Made by a program: the position numbers and the translations under genes
Assembly: GCA_018057455.1 (NCBI GenBank)
Contig: JAGPDT010000006.1
Span: 2,272-66,271, forward strand
Direction: 5' to 3'
Source of the DNA: Flavobacteriales bacterium
GTDB lineage: Bacteria > Bacteroidota > Bacteroidia > Flavobacteriales_F > PHOS-HE28
DNA: 64,000 nucleotides
Part shown: piece by piece, positions 1 through 8,961 of the stretch
Layout: each line of letters opens with the position of its first letter
Position numbering within the stretch: position 1 is the first letter of the stretch
Notes under the pieces: generated by a model
Databases searched by the model: none
What the model was told of the DNA's origin: nothing
What the model saw: only the letters and a program-made list of their open reading frames with translations

Positions 1-472
1 GGCTGAAGTACAATGCGTTCATCTGCCGGTCCGTGGCCAAAAGCACTTCTCCCGGGTCGTCCAAGTCGTGGTCCGAGGTTACTTCCTGGGCCAAGGTGGC
101 AATGGCCACGCCGGGCTGCTGCAGGCAGCGGCACACCTCCTCGATCTGTTCCGGTGCAATGAACGGCTCATCGCCCTGGATGTTCACCACCCCATCGAAC
201 TGTTCCTGTCCGGTTCGTTCCAAGGCCTCCCAACAACGGTCGGTGCCGCTGGGGTGCTTGGCCGAGGTGAGCACGGCCCGCCCGCCGATGGCCTGCACAT
301 GGTCCGCGATGCGGGCATCATCGGTGGCCACGGCCACATCGGCCAAGGCAGTACAAAGCCGGGCCTGTTCCAGCACGCGTTGCACCATGGTCTTGCCGCC
401 GATGTCCACCAAGGGCTTGCCCGGCAGGCGGGTGCTGGCGTAGCGGGCGGGGATCACACCGAGGATGCGCAT
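1..472 (-). CDS. kdsB: 3-deoxy-manno-octulosonate cytidylyltransferase (CMP-KDO synthetase), C-terminal part cut by window edge
   Basis: My translation of the minus strand from the ATG at 472-470 gives MRILGVIPARYASTRLPGKPLVDIGGKTMVQRV...VVNIQGDEPFI, which are typical KdsB N-terminal and QGDEP motifs. The ORF runs off position 1, so it is absent from the ORF track. Confidence 0.85.
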   Translation of the reverse strand, partial: MRILGVIPARYASTRLPGKPLVDIGGKTMVQRVLEQARLCTALADVAVATDDARIADHVQAIGGRAVLTSAKHPSGTDRCWEALERTGQEQFDGVVNIQGDEPFIAPEQIEEVCRCLQQPGVAIATLAQEVTSDHDLDDPGEVLLATDRQMNALYFS

Positions 473-478
473 GGCTTT

Positions 479-2884
479 TCAGATCGTGAGTGCGAGTTGC
501 AGGCGGCAAGCCCGGGGCGCTTCGATGGCCATGGGCCGGATGGCGTACACCTCATTGCTGAGGTTGGTGACCAGCAAGGAGATGTTCACCTGGTGGGTGA
601 GCGCGTAGCCGAGGCGTACGTCGGTGACCCAATCGCCCGAGGTGTGCGCGGCCATCCATTCTTCCACGCCGATCTCACCCAACTGACCCATCTGCTCGAT
701 CTGAATGAAAGCCTGGTCGATGTTGCGCACATGGCTGTTGTACCGCACGCTGATGCCCGGTGAGATCCGTTTCCAGGTGGCCCCGATGTCCCCCCGGAAG
801 AGGTCCTGCACGCGGAATTTCAGGATGTCATTGCGCGTGTCGGAGCTTGTGCTCAGGTAGGTGACGTTCTGTACCGCGCCCGTGGTGGAAACCGTTTGCG
901 CGTAGGCCTCGTTGGGCGTGGTGCTCACCGGCAAGGTATGCGTGTAGCCCAGCAGGAACCGCAGTTCCACCACACCCACCAAGCCCTTACCGGCCAGTTC
1001 AAACTCGGTACCGGTGATGCGCGCACCGCCGGTGTTGATGCTTTTGAAGCCGAAGCCGAGCAAATTGGCCGGGGAGCGGTCCGGGCCCCATTGCCCGAAG
1101 GTGAACTCCACGTAGCGGTCGAGGTCCTGCTGGAAGGCCACCATGTCCATATAACCTGAAACGCCGCCGAGCTTGAACCCCTGCTTGATGCCGCACTCCA
1201 CGTTCACGCTGGTCTCGGGCTTGAGCTCCGGGTTGGGGTAAATGTGGAGTGCCCCCACGGACGTGATGATGTACCGTTCCCCAATGGTGGGAAAACGGAA
1301 CCCCTGCCCGTAACTGGCCCGCAGGAAGGTACCCTCCCAAACTTGGTAGGTGGCCCCGGCACGCACCACCGGCTCGGCCTGCTCCAATTCATTCACCTTG
1401 AACCGCTCATACCGCACACCGGCGCTGACCATCAGCCGCGCCAACAATTTCTTGTCCACTTGCAGGTAGGCTGCCGTATTTGTTGCGGCGTTCTCGCCAT
1501 TTGCCGCCGGATTGCCGCTGTAGAGTTCGGCATGGCTGGCCACCTGTTGGCCCACCAGACCCGCCGTCATCGTGGTGGGCCCGAACAGCTCAAGCCTTTT
1601 CTGCAACTGGTACTCCGCATAGAACAGCTCGTTGGCGTTGCTTTGATTGCCGCTGTTCCTGAAGTGTTGGCCATAGAACCGGCCGTTCAGGCTGTGCCGC
1701 GTACCGTGTGGGCCGGTGTAGTGCACGAACGGGTCGAAATAGTACTGCGTGCCCACCGTGTTGGTGGTGGTATTGGGCATGGGCCGGTACAGGCCTTCGT
1801 GCAAATTGTCCCAAAGGAAGATGCTGGTGCTGCGGCTCTTCATCACGTTCCCGTTGAGGCCGTAGTTGAGCCCTTTGACCTTGTTGTTGCGCCACCGCGT
1901 GGCGAAGGTGAAGCGTACGCGATGGTCGTAGCCGCCGGTCCCGAGCCGGTATGGATCGTCCGCCAGGCTGTCAGGTGCGATGCGTTCCGGCCCGATGTAG
2001 CCCTGATCGCCCAGTGCATTGGCCGCCACCACCAGGTCGAACTGTTTGAAGCGCTGGCTGTGCAGGAAGCTTGCCCCGGTGGTGATCGGCGGACCGCCCC
2101 CCCACCATTTGGCATCGGGCTGGCCCGGTGCGTCATACGCTCCGCCGAAGACGGTGGCCCGCGTCTTTGGTGCTGCCCCCGGCCAACCCGTGCGCACATT
2201 GATCACCCCGCTGAGCGCCGCGCTGCCGTACAATACGCTGCTGGCCCCCTTGATCACCTCCACCTGTTCCACATCCTCCAAGGGCAGGAAGCTCCAGTTG
2301 GGCCGGCCAATGTCGCCGCTGAGGATGGGCATGCCATCGGCCAGCAGCATCACCCGGCTGCCAGCCCCGTAGCTGAAGCCGCTCCCCGCGCGGATCTGCG
2401 GGTCCCCGTCCACCACCACCACCCCCGGCACCTGGTCCAGTGCATCGGCCAGGTTGGTGGTGATCTTTTCGCGCATCAGGGCTACGGGCAGCACGCTCAG
2501 CGACTGGGTCACCTCCCCTACCCGTTGCTCGAATTTGCTGGCACTTACCACCACCAGGTCCAGTTGTGAGGTGGCCGGGTCCAAGGCCAGGTCCAACACC
2601 ACTTGCCCCCCGCCAGGCACGTTCACTTGCAGGTTGCGATCGGAAAAGCCGATGAAACGGGCCACGACCGGGTACACCCCGGCAGGCAGGACCATGGCAT
2701 ATCGGCCACTGTCGTCGGTGGTGGCCGCTCGCATGGGACCAAACGCGATGCTGGCGCCGGGCAACGGCTGCCGATCCTCGGCGCTGTACACGGTTCCGTG
2801 CACACGGCCGGTGGTGGCCGGAGGCTCCTGGCCGTGCAGGACCAACGCCAGCAACACCATGGCCCCCGTTGAAATGATCCTCAT
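479..2884 (-). CDS. TonB-dependent outer-membrane receptor with N-terminal carboxypeptidase-regulatory-like domain
   Basis: 801-aa ORF with an ATG start. It has a signal peptide, a CarboxypepD_reg-like segment (GRVHGTVYSAEDRQPLPGASI...GRYAMVLPAGVY), a plug-like region (VVSASKFEQR...DALDQVPGVVV), and a long Gly/Tyr/Asn-rich beta-barrel. Confidence 0.85.
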   Translation of the reverse strand: MRIISTGAMVLLALVLHGQEPPATTGRVHGTVYSAEDRQPLPGASIAFGPMRAATTDDSGRYAMVLPAGVYPVVARFIGFSDRNLQVNVPGGGQVVLDLALDPATSQLDLVVVSASKFEQRVGEVTQSLSVLPVALMREKITTNLADALDQVPGVVVVDGDPQIRAGSGFSYGAGSRVMLLADGMPILSGDIGRPNWSFLPLEDVEQVEVIKGASSVLYGSAALSGVINVRTGWPGAAPKTRATVFGGAYDAPGQPDAKWWGGGPPITTGASFLHSQRFKQFDLVVAANALGDQGYIGPERIAPDSLADDPYRLGTGGYDHRVRFTFATRWRNNKVKGLNYGLNGNVMKSRSTSIFLWDNLHEGLYRPMPNTTTNTVGTQYYFDPFVHYTGPHGTRHSLNGRFYGQHFRNSGNQSNANELFYAEYQLQKRLELFGPTTMTAGLVGQQVASHAELYSGNPAANGENAATNTAAYLQVDKKLLARLMVSAGVRYERFKVNELEQAEPVVRAGATYQVWEGTFLRASYGQGFRFPTIGERYIITSVGALHIYPNPELKPETSVNVECGIKQGFKLGGVSGYMDMVAFQQDLDRYVEFTFGQWGPDRSPANLLGFGFKSINTGGARITGTEFELAGKGLVGVVELRFLLGYTHTLPVSTTPNEAYAQTVSTTGAVQNVTYLSTSSDTRNDILKFRVQDLFRGDIGATWKRISPGISVRYNSHVRNIDQAFIQIEQMGQLGEIGVEEWMAAHTSGDWVTDVRLGYALTHQVNISLLVTNLSNEVYAIRPMAIEAPRACRLQLALTI

Positions 2885-2940
2885 CCCGCGTATTTTGGGC
2901 CGATAGCCGTGACGGCGAAAGTAGCGATCGGCATACAGCC

Positions 2941-4050
2941 ATGGACGATCAGCAGTGGATACACCGCATAGCCCTTTCCATGCTCAAGGGCATCGGCCCG
3001 GTGAATGCCCGCAACCTGGTGGCCTGGAGCGGAGGCGTGGATGCGCTGTTCACGGACCGGCTGCTGCGCCGTTCCTTGGACAAGGTTCCGGGGATCGGCC
3101 CGGTGCTTTCGGCATCGGTCAAGGACCCCGGCGTGATCAAGTCCGCGGAAAAGGAGCTGGCGTACGTGCGCAAGCAGGGGCTGCGGATGCTCTTCTATTT
3201 GGAAGCGGACTACCCGCGGCGGTTGGTGCAATGCGGCGATGCGCCGGTCCTGCTCTTCGTCAAGGGCGGTGGCCAGCTGGACCCGGCCCGTTGCGTATCC
3301 ATCGTGGGCACCCGAACACCCACGGCACCGGGCAAACACCTCTGCGAGCAGTTGGTGGAGGGGCTCACCGGTTGCGGTGCCACCATCATCAGCGGCCTGG
3401 CCTACGGCATCGACATTGTGGCGCACCGTGCCGCACTGCGCCACGGCCTGCCCACCGTGGCCTGCTTGGCCCATGGCCTGGACAAACTCTACCCCGGCGA
3501 ACACGCGGCCACGGCCAAGGAGCTGTGCGGCAACGGAGCCTTGGTGAGCGAACTGCCCAGCGGTTCACCCTTTGCACCGGGCAATTTCCCCGCGCGCAAC
3601 CGCGTGATCGCCGGGTTGAGCGACTGCACCATCGTGGTGGAGAGCGGCTCCAAGGGCGGCTCGCTGATCACGGCCGACATTGCCAACAGCTATGACCGGG
3701 AGGTGATGGCCTTCCCGGGCCGGCCCACGGATGAGCGGAGCACGGGCTGCAACAGGCTCATCCAACGCAACCAGGCCCATTTGGTCGCCTCGGCCCAGGA
3801 CGTGCTGAAACTGATGGAGTGGGACGCCGAAGCATTGAAGAAAGGGCCGGTACAGCCATCGCTTTTCACCGAACTGATGCCGGATGAGCAGGCGTTGGTG
3901 GACCTGATCCGCGCCCAAGGCAAGATTGACATTGATACCTTGTGCCACCGCAGCAAGATGCCCCAGCCGAAAGCGGCCGGGCTCCTGCTGAACCTGGAGT
4001 TCAGCGGTGTGGTGCGCAGCTTGCCGGGCAAGGTGTATGCCCTGAATTGA
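2941..4050 (+). CDS. dprA: DNA-processing protein DprA
   Basis: 369 aa. Contains SGLAYGIDIVAHRAAL, NFPARNRVIAGLSDCTIVVESGSKGGSLITA and a C-terminal winged-helix-like tail. Confidence 0.9.
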   Translation: MDDQQWIHRIALSMLKGIGPVNARNLVAWSGGVDALFTDRLLRRSLDKVPGIGPVLSASVKDPGVIKSAEKELAYVRKQGLRMLFYLEADYPRRLVQCGDAPVLLFVKGGGQLDPARCVSIVGTRTPTAPGKHLCEQLVEGLTGCGATIISGLAYGIDIVAHRAALRHGLPTVACLAHGLDKLYPGEHAATAKELCGNGALVSELPSGSPFAPGNFPARNRVIAGLSDCTIVVESGSKGGSLITADIANSYDREVMAFPGRPTDERSTGCNRLIQRNQAHLVASAQDVLKLMEWDAEALKKGPVQPSLFTELMPDEQALVDLIRAQGKIDIDTLCHRSKMPQPKAAGLLLNLEFSGVVRSLPGKVYALN

Positions 4051-4071
4051 GCGGGCCTGCCCGCAGCGGGT

Positions 4072-4983
4072 TCAATCCAGGCTGAAGTAGTCCGCGCTCT
4101 GGTAGCGGCCGCTGGACTCCTTCTCAAGCTGCATCAGGAGGTCATTGGCCAGGCTGCTGGCCCCGAAACGGAACCAATGCGAATGCAGCCATTCCGGGCC
4201 CAGCTCCTCTTTCACCATCATCAAGTAGTGCAGGGCTTCCTTGCTGGTGCGGATGCCACCGGCGGGCTTCATGCCGACCATCCCGCCGGTCTTCAGGAAG
4301 TGGTCACGGATCGCGTGCAGCATCACCAAGGTCACCGGCATGGTGGCCGCCGGGCTGATCTTGCCCGTACTGGTCTTGATGAAATCCGCTCCGGCGGCGA
4401 TGGCGATGTCGCTGGCCAGGCGCACCTTGTCGTAGGTGCCCAGCTCACCCGTCTCCAAGATCACCTTCAGCCGGGTTTTGCCGCAAACTTCCTTGATCGC
4501 GGCAATCTCGTCGAAGACGTACCGGTGGTCTCCGCTGTGGAACCGTCCCCGGCTGATCACCATGTCGATCTCATCAGCGCCTTCGCCCACGGCGTGCTTT
4601 GTGTCGGCGAGCTTCACCGCCCGGGGTGCCTGTCCGCTGGGGAAAGCCGTGGCTACCGCCGCCACCTTCACGCCGCTGGTGCCCAAGGCCTGCTTGGCGG
4701 CCCTCACCAACGTGGGGTACACGCAAACAGCGGCCACCGTGGGCAGGCCCGGCAGCCGGTCGTGCAGGTGCATCGCCTTGTAGCACAACTGCCGCACCTT
4801 GCCGGGGGTGTCCTGGCCTTCCAAGGTGGTCAGGTCGATCATGCCCAAGGCGAGCTTCATGCCCGCCACCTTGGCCTGCTGCTTGATGCTGCGCGTCTTG
4901 ATCCGCGCCACGCGCTCCTCCACACCTACCTGGTCGATGGTGGGCGACCCGGTGGGCAGGGATCGTACCGGGGAGAACGACAT
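4072..4983 (-). CDS. deoC: deoxyribose-phosphate aldolase (long form)
   Basis: Motifs IDLTTLEGQDT, VAAVCVYP, LKVILETGEL and FIKTSTGK (Schiff-base Lys). The track ORF begins at a TTG (5022); the first ATG is at 4983, so the start is uncertain. Confidence 0.8.
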   Translation of the reverse strand: MSFSPVRSLPTGSPTIDQVGVEERVARIKTRSIKQQAKVAGMKLALGMIDLTTLEGQDTPGKVRQLCYKAMHLHDRLPGLPTVAAVCVYPTLVRAAKQALGTSGVKVAAVATAFPSGQAPRAVKLADTKHAVGEGADEIDMVISRGRFHSGDHRYVFDEIAAIKEVCGKTRLKVILETGELGTYDKVRLASDIAIAAGADFIKTSTGKISPAATMPVTLVMLHAIRDHFLKTGGMVGMKPAGGIRTSKEALHYLMMVKEELGPEWLHSHWFRFGASSLANDLLMQLEKESSGRYQSADYFSLD

Positions 4984-5046
4984 GGGCTGATGGTTGGTCC
5001 CGCAGGGGCGGGCAATGGGCAAATATAAACGGGCTGCACCGCGGCA

Positions 5047-5823
5047 CTACCGGCTGCGGATCTCCTTGAGGGCGATCCGGAAGAAGGCGAGGTCATCCAC
5101 GAAATACCGCCGGAACATGCGCTTGGGTTCGGAAAGGAACCGGTGGAGGAATTCCAGGCCCAGCTTTTGCCAAATCCGCGGTGCACGTTGTTTCAATCCG
5201 GCATGGAACTCAAAGCTGGCACCGAGCAACAGGAACAAGGGCATCGGCTGTGCGGCGCCCCTCAGCCGTTCGACCAAGGCCAATGCCAAGCGCTCTTGTT
5301 TGGGGAATCCCAAGCCCAGGAACACCAACGGCACAGGCCGCGCCATGAGTTCATCCATCACGGCATCCACCACGCTTCCCTCGGCTTTCGCATCCGCGAT
5401 GGAATAGAATGGTGGCACCGTCCAGCACATGGCCTGGTTCTCCTTCTTCAATGCTTCCCCGATGGCCTCGTTGGCCAACACCATGAACACCGGTGCCTGC
5501 CGCTGGGCCAATTCCTTCCACAAGGCCGGGAACAGGTCGCTGCCCGCCAGCCGCGCCGGGAGTGCCTTTCCTTTCCTCAGCTTGCTGACCCACACGATCG
5601 GCTGCCCGTCGGGCAGTACGTAGCGCGCCTGGCTGATCCGTTCCAACAAGGCTACATGCTCCGCACGGTGAAGTTTAACGACCTGGTCCACGTTCGGTGT
5701 GCTCAGCAAAGGCAGCTCCCCGGCTTGCAGGGGCTGCAGGGGCCAGGCCAAGGCTTCCTGGATCACTGGACCATGATCGGCTGCGGCGATGAACGGCAGC
5801 CCGAACAATTCCACGCGCTCCAT
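5047..5823 (-). CDS. WecB/TagA/CpsF-family (GT26) glycosyltransferase
   Basis: 258 aa. Contains VFLGLGFPKQERLA and a C-terminal basic tail typical of TagA/WecG-type enzymes. Its ATG overlaps the stop of the upstream sulfotransferase by 1 nt. Confidence 0.8.
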   Translation of the reverse strand: MERVELFGLPFIAAADHGPVIQEALAWPLQPLQAGELPLLSTPNVDQVVKLHRAEHVALLERISQARYVLPDGQPIVWVSKLRKGKALPARLAGSDLFPALWKELAQRQAPVFMVLANEAIGEALKKENQAMCWTVPPFYSIADAKAEGSVVDAVMDELMARPVPLVFLGLGFPKQERLALALVERLRGAAQPMPLFLLLGASFEFHAGLKQRAPRIWQKLGLEFLHRFLSEPKRMFRRYFVDDLAFFRIALKEIRSR

Positions 5824-6842
5824 CAGGCTTGCTTGAGCCTGCGCCCCAACGTGTTCGCCACGTTGCGCATGCGCCCCAGGTTAAGGGCAAAAGCACCGAT
5901 CAGTTTGAAGGGAAAGCGAAGCCAGGCGGCCATCAGGCTGAGCGCCCCGGGCGAAACATCGGCCATTACATAGCCTTGCTCCGCCATACGGCTGCCGGAG
6001 GTGCGCTGGCAGATGGCCACCTCGGTGTGGTCCAGGCCCTTTTTCCAGCTCTCGCCGCGGTCCGTGCGGATCCCTTTCTTCGTATGGTCGTCCATGGCGC
6101 TGGAGCTGCCCGCATGCGGCACCTCCAACATGGCCGGTTCATAAGGAATGCCCACCACTTCGCAGATCTTGCGCATGGTGGCTTCCGGGCTGGTGGTCAG
6201 GTCCTCAAAGCGGATGCCCACTACATCAGGATCGCCGGCATGGCGCTTGGCCGCGTCGAAGCTGGAGTTCCACAGGCGCGCAATGGTGTAGGGATGGTAG
6301 TTCATGCGCAGCCTGCGCACTTCTTTGTCGGGCATGCCGGCCATGCCCAGGTCCTTGCGCATCCACTTGCGCTTCTGGGAAAGCAATACGGCCCGTGGAT
6401 CGCGGTACATCACAATGACCTTGGCACCGGGGAAGTGGCGCTTGACCTCGGCGATGTAGAAGATGTTCTGCGGTGTTTTCTCGCACGGTATCCGCTTGCC
6501 GTTCAAACGCGTCTCGTACGCCATGAAACCGGCATACACGTCCTTACGGTCGGCCTTTGGAGGCAATCCATCCAGCATCTGCTGCACGTCCGCATCGAAC
6601 TTGCCCGGCACCACTTCGGCGAAAAATCCATCGCGCTGCCGTGTGGTCAGCTTGGTGAGCAGCTCTTTGGCAGCGGCTTCATCCATCGGCTTGCCGTCGT
6701 CCGCCGGCGCCCAATACGTACCGTAGAAATGCGGTTCATTGATGCCGTGCACCAAGGAATGGTTGTTCATCACCCGCAGCATCATGGTGGTGCCGCTGCG
6801 TGAGTTGCCGACGATGAAGATGGGGCCTGTTGGTCCGGTCAT
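5823..6842 (-). CDS. sulfotransferase (Sulfotransfer_3-like)
   Basis: N-terminal PAPS 5-prime-phosphosulfate loop FIVGNSRSGTTMM and a 3-prime-phosphate motif MYRDPRAVLLSQ. The ATG at 6842 forms an ATGA overlap with the upstream stop (6839-6841). The track start at 6869 is an upstream extension. Confidence 0.75.
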   Translation of the reverse strand: MTGPTGPIFIVGNSRSGTTMMLRVMNNHSLVHGINEPHFYGTYWAPADDGKPMDEAAAKELLTKLTTRQRDGFFAEVVPGKFDADVQQMLDGLPPKADRKDVYAGFMAYETRLNGKRIPCEKTPQNIFYIAEVKRHFPGAKVIVMYRDPRAVLLSQKRKWMRKDLGMAGMPDKEVRRLRMNYHPYTIARLWNSSFDAAKRHAGDPDVVGIRFEDLTTSPEATMRKICEVVGIPYEPAMLEVPHAGSSSAMDDHTKKGIRTDRGESWKKGLDHTEVAICQRTSGSRMAEQGYVMADVSPGALSLMAAWLRFPFKLIGAFALNLGRMRNVANTLGRRLKQA

Positions 6843-7846
6843 GCCTGCTGCTTCTTGGGCCCCCACCACTGGAGCAGATCCACGCCCATCAGGCGGGAGA
6901 GCCGTTCAACATCCTGTTCGTAGTACGACCACACGGCCGCGGCCTGGTCGGCCGGCAAGGTGGGCATCTGCTTGCGTGAATACAGCATTTCCTTGAAGCC
7001 ACCGCGCAGCCGGCGCGGCACCAGGGCCTTCACCGTGCTGATGGCACCGCTCCGCACCAGCAGGCGGTTGAGCAAGGCGTTGCGTGGGACCGCCGCTTCA
7101 TTGAACTTGCCCGACAGGTCCATCGCTTCCATCGGCGCTACGCCAATGGTGGAGAACAAGTGCCGCATGGTGGCCATGGGATCCTCCTTGAACCGTTCAT
7201 GGAGCAAGATATGCACTTGTTCCTTGGGGAACAAGGCCAAGTAGCGTTCCACCTGTTCCGCGTACCGGCCCAACGCCAGGTATTGGTGATTGACGCCCCA
7301 GCCCTTCCGGGCGCGCTTGTCGTCCTGTTCAACCTCCTTGAGGAAGTCCTGCTCAAGGGTCTTCCCCTCGCGCAAATTCATGATGTATTGCGACCATGCA
7401 CGTTGTACCGGGTCCCGTAGCATGAAGATGATCCGGGACTTGGGGCTTGCCGCATGGATGGCCTTGGCTGCCGAGGGACATACGGCGTAAGAAGGACAGA
7501 CCTCCCCCACCACTTGGCCGGGGCGTGCATGGGCGAACAGGGCCGCATAGTGGGCCGGATCGGCCACTTGGGCAATGTGCACCACTTCTTTCATGCCCCC
7601 GTGGATGAATTTCCCCACGTCGAGCTTCACGTCCAAGGCATACTCCCGGAGGAAATCACCGGGCCGCATGTCGGCGCGTGCAAAGAAGTTGGTCTCCTTG
7701 ATGGGAGGCAGGTGGATCCCCGGGTGGCGGTCCAGCAGGTTGTACAATGCGGTGGTTCCGCCTTTCACCACGCCCACCACCAGAAAATCCGGGCAGAACG
7801 CGGTCTTGGCCTCCTCCTTGTCCGGCGTTGGTACGGTTGGGTTCAT
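6839..7846 (-). CDS. sulfotransferase (Sulfotransfer_1 / heparan-sulfate-3-O-sulfotransferase-like)
   Basis: Contains FLVVGVVKGGTTALYNLLDRHPGIHLPPIKETNFF and MLRDPVQRAWSQY. ATG start verified. Confidence 0.8.
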   Translation of the reverse strand: MNPTVPTPDKEEAKTAFCPDFLVVGVVKGGTTALYNLLDRHPGIHLPPIKETNFFARADMRPGDFLREYALDVKLDVGKFIHGGMKEVVHIAQVADPAHYAALFAHARPGQVVGEVCPSYAVCPSAAKAIHAASPKSRIIFMLRDPVQRAWSQYIMNLREGKTLEQDFLKEVEQDDKRARKGWGVNHQYLALGRYAEQVERYLALFPKEQVHILLHERFKEDPMATMRHLFSTIGVAPMEAMDLSGKFNEAAVPRNALLNRLLVRSGAISTVKALVPRRLRGGFKEMLYSRKQMPTLPADQAAAVWSYYEQDVERLSRLMGVDLLQWWGPKKQQA

Positions 7847-8213
7847 GCAGTTCGGATGCAGGTGGTGTGCTTGTTCGACTCAGCAAGGCAGCAGCATAGC
7901 GGACAGGCCTTGGATGGAACCTTGGGTACGGTGGCGTCCAAAGGCCGCATCCACGGAGATTCCGCTTCAATTTCCACACCCCATGCAGGTTCCATACCGA
8001 TCATTGCGCAGCTTGTTACGCCTTGCCCGGGTGCAGGTTGCACCGGGTGAAAAAAAAGAAGCTGAAGTGGACCGGTAACCTGCGATGGACGGGTGCGTTC
8101 AACGGCCGGTGCAAAGATGGGGCGTGCGGAACGCATTTTCTTTGCACGCCCTTCCATCCGCTTCCGCAGGGTGCCAACACCTCCACAAACCCAAAGCCAC
8201 CAGCAGAACTCCC

Positions 8214-8951
8214 ATGGTGATAAGTGACAAGCACCGGTTCGTTTTCGTGAACCTTCCGCAAACGGCCAGCACCGCCATCTCACGGGAGTTGGTGGACCAA
8301 TATGAGGCCCGCGAGTTCTGCTTCAAACATGCCCTGTACCGCACGGATTACCTGAAGGCGGCCAATGCGGAGCAGAAGAAGTACAGGGTGATCTCCGGCC
8401 TGCGCAACCCCATGGAGATCACGTTGAGCACCTACTTCAAGGTGCGCAGCGACCATGAAGGGCGCTACAGCGACACCAAGGCGAACAAGATCCAGCACGG
8501 TTTCCTGCGCAAGCACATCATGCTTTGGTGGAACGGCCGGAGCAACCGGGAGATCAACGAGAAGGGCCTGTCCTTCGCTGCATGGTTCATGCGCAACCAC
8601 CGCGTGCCCTATGCCAGCTGGAGCATCCTGGACCACCATCGCTTCGACAAGGTGATCCGGTTCGAGCACCTCCAGGCGGATTTCGCCGATGCGTTGCGCA
8701 AGTTGGGGGTGGAACAGACGCGGCCACTGCCCGTTGGCAACAAGACGGCCAAGGAAGGCAAGGACATCGCCACCTACTTCGATACCGAGGCTTCCCGCCG
8801 CCGGGCCAAGTTCGTGTTCGGCCCGTACATGCAGCAGTTCGGCTACGCCTTTCCCCCTGCATGGGACCACATCCAAGTGCCCGCTTCCGCCGTTGCGATG
8901 TACCGGGCCTTGAACGTGCTGCGCCGGTTCTTCTGGCTCTACCTCCGGTGA
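8214..8951 (+). CDS. sulfotransferase family-2-like protein with Gln in place of the usual loop Lys
   Basis: From the ATG at 8214: MVISDKHRFVFVNLPQTASTAISREL, GLRNPMEITLSTYF, and a C-terminal IRFEHLQADFADALRKLG...GNKT...FGPYMQQFGYAF. This pattern resembles bacterial and animal carbohydrate sulfotransferase family 2. The track start at 8085 is an unsupported extension. Confidence 0.7.
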   Translation: MVISDKHRFVFVNLPQTASTAISRELVDQYEAREFCFKHALYRTDYLKAANAEQKKYRVISGLRNPMEITLSTYFKVRSDHEGRYSDTKANKIQHGFLRKHIMLWWNGRSNREINEKGLSFAAWFMRNHRVPYASWSILDHHRFDKVIRFEHLQADFADALRKLGVEQTRPLPVGNKTAKEGKDIATYFDTEASRRRAKFVFGPYMQQFGYAFPPAWDHIQVPASAVAMYRALNVLRRFFWLYLR

Positions 8952-8961
8952 GGCCCGCTCA

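Noticed and set aside
4072-4983. deoC as a possible member of the polysaccharide locus (same strand, 64 nt downstream of the GT26 gene).
   Set aside because: Deoxyribose-phosphate aldolase is a housekeeping catabolic enzyme with no known role in glycan assembly. Co-transcription is possible but functional linkage is unsupported, so the locus boundary was set at 5047.
8085-8213. Upstream in-frame extensions of ORF-track starts (8085, 15134, 19466, 21986, 33567, 36917, 37703, 39217, 40384, 45354, 53782, 55293) and TTG/GTG track starts (5022, 11195, 14869, 42772, 43489, 47839, 48531, 49070, 55089, 60080, 60571).
   Set aside because: The extensions add Arg/Pro/Gly-rich sequence ahead of clear signal peptides or conserved N-termini. 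Some overlap upstream genes or candidate promoter boxes. In each case an internal ATG sits directly before the conserved N-terminal motif. The starts remain predictions.
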